In this document: positions 57,276 through 64,000 of the stretch, in pieces
Position numbering within the stretch: position 1 is the first letter of the stretch
Layout of the letters: every line of letters begins with the position of its first letter
UHGV virus genome: UHGV-0086135
From: a virus
Direction: 5' to 3' (one strand)
DNA: 64,000 nucleotides
The notes under the pieces: model-generated
Seen by the model: only the letters and a program-made list of their open reading frames with translations
Told to the model about the DNA's origin: nothing
Database searches by the model: none
Position numbers and translations under genes: made by a program

Positions 57276-59093
57276 ATGATTAAGAATGAAATTAAAATTC
57301 TGAGCGATATTGAACATATCAAAAAGCGTAGCGGCATGTACATTGGCTCTTCCGCTAATGAAATGCATGAGCGCTTTCTGTTTGGTAAATGGGAAAGTGT
57401 TCAGTATGTACCTGGTCTTGTTAAGCTTATTGATGAAATTATCGATAACTCGGTAGATGAAGGTATTCGTACTAAGTTTAAATTCGCGAATAAAATTAAT
57501 GTTACTATCAAAAACAATCAAGTAACAGTTGAAGATAACGGTCGTGGTATTCCACAAGCGATGGTTAAAACACCTACTGGTGAAGAAATTCCTGGTCCTG
57601 TTGCTGCCTGGACTATTCCAAAAGCAGGTGGTAACTTCGGTGATGATAAAGAACGCGTCACTGGCGGTATGAACGGTGTTGGTTCTAGTTTAACTAACAT
57701 TTTTTCTGTTATGTTTGTCGGTGAAACTGGCGACGGTCAAAATAATATTGTAGTTCGTTGTTCAAATGGCATGGAAAATAAATCATGGGAAGATATTCCC
57801 GGAAAATGGAAAGGAACTCGTGTTACTTTCATTCCTGATTTTATGTCATTTGAAACTAATGAGCTATCTCAAGTTTATCTTGACATTACACTGGATCGTC
57901 TCCAGACACTTGCAGTAGTTTATCCTGATATTCAATTTACCTTTAATGGTAAAAAGGTTCAGGGCAATTTTAAGAAATATGCACGCCAATATGATGAGCA
58001 TGCTATTGTTCAAGAACAAGAAAATTGTTCTATTGCGGTTGGTCGTTCACCGGATGGTTTTCGTCAATTAACATACGTCAATAACATTCATACTAAGAAT
58101 GGTGGCCATCATATTGACTGTGTTATGGATGATATTTGTGAAGACCTTATTCCACAAATCAAACGCAAGTTCAAAATTGATGTAACTAAAGCACGTGTTA
58201 AAGAATGTTTGACTATCGTCATGTTTGTTCGTGATATGAAAAACATGCGATTTGATTCTCAGACTAAAGAGCGTTTGACTTCTCCATTTGGTGAAATTCG
58301 TAGTCATATTCAGCTTGATGCTAAAAAGATTTCACGTGCTATTTTAAATAATGAAGCAATTTTAATGCCAATTATTGAAGCTGCTTTGGCTCGTAAATTG
58401 GCTGCAGAAAAGGCAGCAGAAACTAAAGCAGCTAAAAAGGCTTCTAAAGCTAAGGTTCATAAACATATTAAAGCGAATCTTTGTGGTAAAGATGCTGACA
58501 CTACTCTTTTCTTGACTGAGGGTGATTCGGCTATCGGATATCTTATTGATGTTCGTGATAAAGAACTTCATGGTGGTTATCCATTACGCGGTAAAGTTCT
58601 TAACAGCTGGGGTATGTCTTATGCTGATATGCTTAAAAACAAAGAACTGTTTGATATTTGCGCAATCACTGGATTAGTTCTTGGTGAAAAGGCTGAAAAC
58701 TTGAATTATCATAATATTGCAATTATGACCGATGCCGACCATGATGGTCTAGGAAGCATTTATCCTTCTCTGCTCGGATTTTTTAGTAATTGGCCAGAAC
58801 TGTTTGAACAAGGAAGAATTCGTTTTGTCAAAACTCCTGTAATCATCGCTCAGGTCGGTAAAAAACAAGAATGGTTTTATACAGTCGCTGAATATGAGAG
58901 TGCCAAAGATGCTCTACCTAAACATAGCATCCGTTATATTAAGGGACTTGGCTCTTTAGAAAAATCTGAATATCGTGAGATGATTCAAAACCCAGTATAT
59001 GATGTTGTTAAACTTCCTGAGAACTGGAAAGAGCTTTTTGAAATGCTCATGGGAGATAATGCTGACCTTCGTAAAGAATGGATGAGCCAGTAG
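57276..59093 (+). CDS. 39: DNA topoisomerase II large subunit gp39, uninterrupted (gyrase B-like)
   Basis: 605 aa continuous ORF; GHKL ATPase and TOPRIM motifs. Confidence 0.9.
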   Translation: MIKNEIKILSDIEHIKKRSGMYIGSSANEMHERFLFGKWESVQYVPGLVKLIDEIIDNSVDEGIRTKFKFANKINVTIKNNQVTVEDNGRGIPQAMVKTPTGEEIPGPVAAWTIPKAGGNFGDDKERVTGGMNGVGSSLTNIFSVMFVGETGDGQNNIVVRCSNGMENKSWEDIPGKWKGTRVTFIPDFMSFETNELSQVYLDITLDRLQTLAVVYPDIQFTFNGKKVQGNFKKYARQYDEHAIVQEQENCSIAVGRSPDGFRQLTYVNNIHTKNGGHHIDCVMDDICEDLIPQIKRKFKIDVTKARVKECLTIVMFVRDMKNMRFDSQTKERLTSPFGEIRSHIQLDAKKISRAILNNEAILMPIIEAALARKLAAEKAAETKAAKKASKAKVHKHIKANLCGKDADTTLFLTEGDSAIGYLIDVRDKELHGGYPLRGKVLNSWGMSYADMLKNKELFDICAITGLVLGEKAENLNYHNIAIMTDADHDGLGSIYPSLLGFFSNWPELFEQGRIRFVKTPVIIAQVGKKQEWFYTVAEYESAKDALPKHSIRYIKGLGSLEKSEYREMIQNPVYDVVKLPENWKELFEMLMGDNADLRKEWMSQ

Positions 59094-59122
59094 TTTACTT
59101 TACCACAAGGATGTGGTATAAT
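59093..59122 (+). promoter_or_regulatory. T4-type early promoter
   Basis: GTTTAC 59093-59098, TATAAT 59117-59122. Confidence 0.6.
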
Positions 59123-59147
59123 TAATTGGGCAAATGAGGATATTGAA

Positions 59148-59351
59148 ATGAAATCATATAAAGTAAATTTAGAACTTTTTGATAAAGCAGTTCATCGAGA
59201 ATATAGAATCATTCAACGCTTTTTCGATATGGGAGAAGCCGAAGAGTTTAAAAACCGCTTTAAGGATATTAGAGATAAAATTCAATCCGACACCGCAACT
59301 AAAGATGAACTACTAGAAGTTGCTGAAGTTATTAAACGCAATATGAATTAA
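59148..59351 (+). CDS. hypothetical protein, 67 aa (rIIA.1 position)
   Basis: GAGGA SD. Confidence 0.5.
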   Translation: MKSYKVNLELFDKAVHREYRIIQRFFDMGEAEEFKNRFKDIRDKIQSDTATKDELLEVAEVIKRNMN

Positions 59352-59361
59352 TGAGGAAATT

Positions 59362-61539
59362 ATGATTATCACCACTGAAAAAGAAACAATTCTTGGTAAT
59401 GGTTCTAAATCAAAAGCATTTAGCATCGCAGCAAATCCTAAAGTATTTAAAATTCTGTCATCTGATTTGTATACAAACAAGATTCGCGCAGTAGTCCGTG
59501 AATTGATTACCAACATGATTGACGCCCATGCTCTCAATGGAAATCATGAAAAATTTATCATTCAAGTTCCAGGACGATTAGATCCGCGATTTGTTTGCCG
59601 AGATTTTGGTCCGGGTATGAGCGATTTTGATATTCAAGGTGATGATAATTCTCCTGGGTTGTATAATTCATACTTTAGTTCATCTAAGGCTGAATCTAAC
59701 GATTTCATTGGTGGATTTGGTTTAGGTTCTAAATCTCCGTTTAGTTATACTGATACATTTAGTATTACTTCGTATCATAAAGGTGAAATTCGCGGTTATG
59801 TAGCTTACATGGATGGTGATGGTCCGCAAATTAAACCTACATTTGTAAAAGAAATGGGTCCAAATGATAAAACTGGTATTGAAATCGTAGTTCCAGTTGA
59901 AGAAAAAGACTTTAGAAACTTTGCTTATGAAGTTTCTTATATCATGCGACCATTCAAAGATTTAGCTATCATTAATGGTCTTGACCGCGAAATTGATTAT
60001 TTTCCGGATTTTGATGACTATTACGGCGTAAATCCAGAAAGATACTGGCCAGATCGTGGTGGATTGTATGCTATCTATGGTGGTATTGTTTATCCTATCG
60101 ATGGTGTTATTAGAGACCGTAACTGGTTAAGCATCCGCAATGAAGTGAATTACATTAAGTTTCCAATGGGTTCACTTGATATTGCTCCATCGCGTGAGGC
60201 TCTTTCACTGGATGATCGTACTCGTAAAAATATTATTGAGCGTGTTAAAGAGCTTAGTGAGAAGGCATTCAATGAAGATGTAAAACGATTTAAAGAATCT
60301 ACATCTCCTCGTCATACATACCGTGAATTGATGAAGATGGGATATTCTGCTCGAGATTATATGATTAGTAATTCAGTCAAATTTACGACTAAAAATCTTT
60401 CATATAAGAAGATGCAAAGCATGTTTGAACCTGACAGTAAGTTATGCAATGCAGGAGTTGTGTATGAAGTAAATCTTGACCCTCGACTGAAACGCATTAA
60501 GCAAAGTCATGAAACTTCAGCCGTTGCATCAAGTTATCGTCTATTTGGTATTAATACAACAAAAATTAATATTGTTATTGATAATATTAAAAATCGTGTT
60601 AATATTGTCCGTGGATTAGCGCATGCGTTAGATGATAGTGAATTTAATAACACCTTAAATATTCATCATAATGAGCGTCTTCTGTTTATTAATCCGGAAG
60701 TAGAATCGCAGATTGATTTACTCCCTGATATTATGGCAATGTTTGAAAGTGATGAAGTTAACATTCATTATTTGTCAGAAATTGAAGCTTTAGTTAAAAG
60801 TTATATTCCAAAGGCAGTAAAAAGTAAAGCTCCTCGTCCTAAAGCTGCTACTGCGTTTAAGTTTGAAATTAAAGACGGACGCTGGGAAAAAGAGGAACTG
60901 TTTACACTCACATCAGAAGCAGATGAAATTACTGGCTATGTAGCATATATGCATCGTTCTGATATTTTCTCTATGGATGGTACTACATCGCTTTGTCATC
61001 CATCTACGAGTATTTTGACTCGTATGGCTAATCTTATTGGCATTAATGAATTTTATGTTATTCGTCCGCTTTTGCAGAAAAAGGTAAAAGAACTTGGTCA
61101 GTGCCAATGTATTTTTGAAACTCTGCGTGATTTATATGTAGATGCTTTTGATGATGTAGATTATGATAAGTATGTAGGTTATTCAAGTTCAGCTAAACGA
61201 TATATTGATAAAATTATCAAGTATCCTGAGTTAGATTTTATGATGAAGTACTTCAGTGTAGATGAAGTTTCTGAAGAATATACACGACTCGCTAATATGG
61301 TTAGTTCATTACAGGGTGTATATTTCAACGGTGGAAAAGATACCATCGGTCATGACATCTGGACAGTAACTAATCTTTTTGATGTATTATCAAATAATGC
61401 TTCAAAAAACAGTGATAAAATGGTTGCTGAGTTTACCAAGAAATTCCGTATTGTTTCCGACTTCATCGGTTATCGCAACTCTTTAAGTGATGATGAAGTT
61501 TCCCAAATCGCTAAAACTATGAAGGCCCTTGCGGCCTAA
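59362..61539 (+). CDS. rIIA: rIIA protein
   Basis: 725 aa; N-terminal GHKL-type ATPase region; followed by rIIB. Confidence 0.9.
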   Translation: MIITTEKETILGNGSKSKAFSIAANPKVFKILSSDLYTNKIRAVVRELITNMIDAHALNGNHEKFIIQVPGRLDPRFVCRDFGPGMSDFDIQGDDNSPGLYNSYFSSSKAESNDFIGGFGLGSKSPFSYTDTFSITSYHKGEIRGYVAYMDGDGPQIKPTFVKEMGPNDKTGIEIVVPVEEKDFRNFAYEVSYIMRPFKDLAIINGLDREIDYFPDFDDYYGVNPERYWPDRGGLYAIYGGIVYPIDGVIRDRNWLSIRNEVNYIKFPMGSLDIAPSREALSLDDRTRKNIIERVKELSEKAFNEDVKRFKESTSPRHTYRELMKMGYSARDYMISNSVKFTTKNLSYKKMQSMFEPDSKLCNAGVVYEVNLDPRLKRIKQSHETSAVASSYRLFGINTTKINIVIDNIKNRVNIVRGLAHALDDSEFNNTLNIHHNERLLFINPEVESQIDLLPDIMAMFESDEVNIHYLSEIEALVKSYIPKAVKSKAPRPKAATAFKFEIKDGRWEKEELFTLTSEADEITGYVAYMHRSDIFSMDGTTSLCHPSTSILTRMANLIGINEFYVIRPLLQKKVKELGQCQCIFETLRDLYVDAFDDVDYDKYVGYSSSAKRYIDKIIKYPELDFMMKYFSVDEVSEEYTRLANMVSSLQGVYFNGGKDTIGHDIWTVTNLFDVLSNNASKNSDKMVAEFTKKFRIVSDFIGYRNSLSDDEVSQIAKTMKALAA

Positions 61540-61550
61540 TAAGGAAAATT

Positions 61551-62489
61551 ATGTACAATATTAAATGCCTGACCAAAAACGAACAAGCTGAAATTGTCAA
61601 ACTGTATTCAAGTGGTAATTACACCCAACAGGAATTGGCTGATTGGCAAGGTGTATCGGTTGACACAATCCGTCGTGTTTTGAAAAATGCTGAAGAAGCT
61701 GAACGCTCCAAAGTTACTATTAGCGGTGATATTACAGTTAAAGTTAATAGCGATGCAGTTATTGCTCCAGTTGCTAAATCTGACATTATTTGGAATGCAT
61801 CTAAAAAATTCATTTCAATTACTGTTGACGGTGTAACTTATAACGCAACTCCTAATACTCATTCAAACTTCCAGGAAATTCTTAATCTGCTTGTTACAGA
61901 TAAATTGGAAGAAGCGGCGCAAAAAATTAACGTTCGTCGCGCCGTTGAAAAATATATTTCCGGTGATGTTCGAATTGAAGGTGGAAGCTTGTTCTATCAA
62001 AATATTGAATTGCGATCTGGTTTAGTTGATCGTATTCTCGATTCGATGGAAAAAGGCGAAAACTTTGAATTTTATTTTCCGTTCTTGGAAAATCTGTTGG
62101 AAAACCCAAGCCAAAAAGCGGTATCTCGACTCTTTGATTTCTTGGTAGCAAACGATATTGAAATTACAGAAGATGGTTACTTCTATGCTTGGAAAGTAGT
62201 TCGCAGCAATTACTTTGACTGTCATTCAAATACTTTTGATAACAGTCCTGGTAAAGTAGTTAAAATGCCACGTACTCGTGTGAATGACGATGATACACAA
62301 ACTTGTTCTCGTGGTCTGCATGTGTGTTCTAAATCTTATATTCGTCACTTTGGCAGTTCAACCAGTCGAGTTGTAAAAGTTAAAGTACATCCTCGCGATG
62401 TAGTATCAATTCCGATTGATTACAATGATGCTAAAATGCGTACCTGCCAATACGAAGTAGTTGAAGACGTTACTGAACAATTTAAATAA
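61551..62489 (+). CDS. rIIB: rIIB protein
   Basis: 312 aa immediately after rIIA. Confidence 0.9.
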   Translation: MYNIKCLTKNEQAEIVKLYSSGNYTQQELADWQGVSVDTIRRVLKNAEEAERSKVTISGDITVKVNSDAVIAPVAKSDIIWNASKKFISITVDGVTYNATPNTHSNFQEILNLLVTDKLEEAAQKINVRRAVEKYISGDVRIEGGSLFYQNIELRSGLVDRILDSMEKGENFEFYFPFLENLLENPSQKAVSRLFDFLVANDIEITEDGYFYAWKVVRSNYFDCHSNTFDNSPGKVVKMPRTRVNDDDTQTCSRGLHVCSKSYIRHFGSSTSRVVKVKVHPRDVVSIPIDYNDAKMRTCQYEVVEDVTEQFK

Positions 62490-62503
62490 GGGCTTCGGCC
62501 CTT
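62488..62503 (+). terminator. UUCG-loop hairpin (terminator-like)
   Basis: gggc-ttcg-gccc after rIIB. Confidence 0.5.
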
Positions 62504-62517
62504 AACTAAGGAAAATT

Positions 62518-62712
62518 ATGCTAGGTTATCAAGCACGAGTAAAAGAAGAATACGATCAATTAATGCTCAAAATTAATGCACTGAGCAAATTTTTAGAAAG
62601 CACAAAGTTTCTAACGATTAATGAAGTTGAGCAAGAATTACTGCTTTCACAATTCATCTCAATGAAATCTTACGCAGATTGTTTAGAAAAAAGAATTGCA
62701 CAATTCAAATAA
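62518..62712 (+). CDS. hypothetical protein, 64 aa
   Basis: AAGGAAA SD. Confidence 0.45.
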   Translation: MLGYQARVKEEYDQLMLKINALSKFLESTKFLTINEVEQELLLSQFISMKSYADCLEKRIAQFK

Positions 62713-62716
62713 AATA

Positions 62717-62739
62717 AGGGGCTTCGGCCCTTTTGTTTT
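62717..62739 (+). terminator. rho-independent terminator
   Basis: aggggc-ttcg-gccctt + ttttgtttt. Confidence 0.7.
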
Positions 62740-62750
62740 AAGGAAAAATT

Positions 62751-63080
62751 ATGATTTATTGTATGAATATCGGTGATTCCGACATAAAAGAGATTAAACT
62801 GCACGGAAATCATCACGCTAATATTGTGTACTGCAATAAATTTGAGTTTGGTCACGAAAAACTTGGGTTTCTTTACTGCAATGATATTATAGTCATGGAT
62901 AAAAAGGAACTCGATGAACTTGACCGTGAGTCTTTAGATGAAAATGACCGAATTTATTACGGCACTCTTAAAGTATATAACGCTTATCTCAGCGGTAAAA
63001 AGGAAAGTCTAAATGCAGAAAACGAATCCGGGTTTACAGAGACTATTTCAGATTCCGACATTTACCCTATCGAACAGTGA
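62751..63080 (+). CDS. hypothetical acidic protein, 109 aa
   Basis: AAGGAAA SD. Confidence 0.5.
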   Translation: MIYCMNIGDSDIKEIKLHGNHHANIVYCNKFEFGHEKLGFLYCNDIIVMDKKELDELDRESLDENDRIYYGTLKVYNAYLSGKKESLNAENESGFTETISDSDIYPIEQ

Positions 63081-63570
63081 CTTGACTAGTGAAATGAAGG
63101 TCAAAATTGCTGATACAGCAAGATACTCTTTAAAACAAAACCCGAACCAGGATAAAGCAGAAGTTATCGAAAGATGTCGTATCGCGGTGTACGCAGAGTT
63201 TTTTGTAGCAGATTGGCTAAGCGGGTATGTTAACAAAGGCCAAGAGGATGTTAATGACCCGTATACATACGCATGGGATGTATTGGCGCATCCAAGATAC
63301 TGCGGGCTTCGTGTAGAAGTTAAGACACATCAAACTGACTCGCGTTGGATTTCGGTAACAACAGGATGCAGCGGAGAGTATCCATACGGTTCTGGAATAA
63401 ATCTAGGGCCCATTCTGAATCATCAGGTCGCTGACTGTATAATTATATTCAACACTAAAGAAATTCATCCAGGTGTCATCCAGTACACTCCGAAGTTCAT
63501 CGGTGATAGAGAAGACCTTCGTAAGGTTGTAAGAAAAAGCAACTACAACGGATGGTATCTTTCCATTTAA
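63013..63570 (+). CDS. denB: endonuclease IV DenB
   Basis: 185 aa at conserved position after rIIB; start overlaps previous ORF. Confidence 0.7.
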   Translation: MQKTNPGLQRLFQIPTFTLSNSDLTSEMKVKIADTARYSLKQNPNQDKAEVIERCRIAVYAEFFVADWLSGYVNKGQEDVNDPYTYAWDVLAHPRYCGLRVEVKTHQTDSRWISVTTGCSGEYPYGSGINLGPILNHQVADCIIIFNTKEIHPGVIQYTPKFIGDREDLRKVVRKSNYNGWYLSI

Positions 63571-63586
63571 AAATTTTCACAAAACG

Positions 63587-63616
63587 GTTTACATATCACA
63601 AGGACTGTGGTACTAT
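63587..63616 (+). promoter_or_regulatory. T4-type early promoter with conserved leader cassette
   Basis: GTTTAC 63587-63592, TACTAT 63611-63616; leader identical to 36.3 kb copy. Confidence 0.6.
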
Positions 63617-63650
63617 ACAACTATCAACTGATACGGATTTGGAGAATAAA

Positions 63651-63857
63651 ATGTTTACTACGGCTGAATTAAAACGAGCAAAAGCTAAGAAAGGGCAAGG
63701 AAAATATAAAGCTGAATTAGTTAAAGAACTTCAGTTTGCTGAGGCTGAATTGAATTCGATGATTATTCAAAATGCTCCAGAAACTGAAATTGCTCTTAAA
63801 CGTATTGCGAATAAATGTCTTCGTGATACAATCGTCGATCTTTTAGCGGATTATTGA
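63651..63857 (+). CDS. hypothetical basic protein, 68 aa
   Basis: ATG directly after repeated leader GGAGAATAAAATG. Confidence 0.5.
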   Translation: MFTTAELKRAKAKKGQGKYKAELVKELQFAEAELNSMIIQNAPETEIALKRIANKCLRDTIVDLLADY

Positions 63858-63862
63858 GTAAA

Positions 63863-64000
63863 ATGAAATTTAAATTTTATTGCGCTAAACATAAAATAAC
63901 TGATGAGTTTGTGTCAGTTGAATATTCTAGCGATGATGAAGGCATGATTTATACTCGTTTGGGATTATCACACTGGGAGTCTGATACGCCTTATTTTTCA
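63863..64000 (+). CDS. N-terminal fragment of hypothetical protein (runs off window)
   Basis: ATG 63863, open to window end. Confidence 0.35.
   Translation, partial: MKFKFYCAKHKITDEFVSVEYSSDDEGMIYTRLGLSHWESDTPYFS

Noticed and set aside
61523-61539. Hairpin ggcc-cttgc-ggcc at the end of rIIA as a terminator
   Set aside because: Only a 4-bp stem, inside the coding sequence, and rIIB follows 12 nt later and is expected to be co-transcribed.
8624-63653. Possible CRISPR array suggested by repeated ~45-bp sequences
   Set aside because: Copies are tens of kb apart, each sits in promoter/5-prime-UTR context ending in a start codon; no regular repeat-spacer architecture.
1-64000. tRNA or other structured RNA genes
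   Set aside because: No cloverleaf-compatible segments were noticed in the short intergenic gaps; the GC-rich hairpins are UUCG-loop terminators.

Overview
This window is a contiguous early/middle-gene segment of a T-even (T4-like) myovirus, AT-rich and almost entirely + strand. Recognisable core genes, in order: regB, tk, rI, nrdC, gene 49, nrdD, nrdG, nrdH, 55, alpha-gt, 47, 46, rpbA, 45, 44, 62, regA, 43, imm, 42, uvsX, 40, 41, dmd-like, spackle, 61, 56, soc, modB, modA, dda, dexA, 39, rIIA, rIIB, denB. Calls rest on my reading of the translated ORFs, sizes and T4 gene order; no database search was run. The phage is not T4 itself: gene 39 is one uninterrupted 605-codon ORF, nrdD has no intron, the slot between gene 42 and uvsX holds a GIY-YIG endonuclease plus a DxD-motif glycosyltransferase, and no dam-sized ORF flanks gene 56. 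Between the core genes lie islands of small ORFs of unknown function. The most interesting are a tandem array of four divergent coiled-coil paralogues (11.6-15.6 kb), a nucleotidyltransferase-fold ORF near a P-loop ATPase (7.5-10.1 kb), the small vs-locus proteins beside a macro-domain protein (0.1-2.7 kb), and the dmd/spackle cluster (42.7-44.1 kb). Intergenic regions carry many T4-type early promoters (GTTTAC, ~18 bp, TAtAaT), a few MotA-box and TATAAATA motifs, and UUCG-loop hairpin terminators; three promoters share a near-identical ~45 bp promoter-leader cassette. No tRNA, rRNA, CRISPR or integrase was seen.
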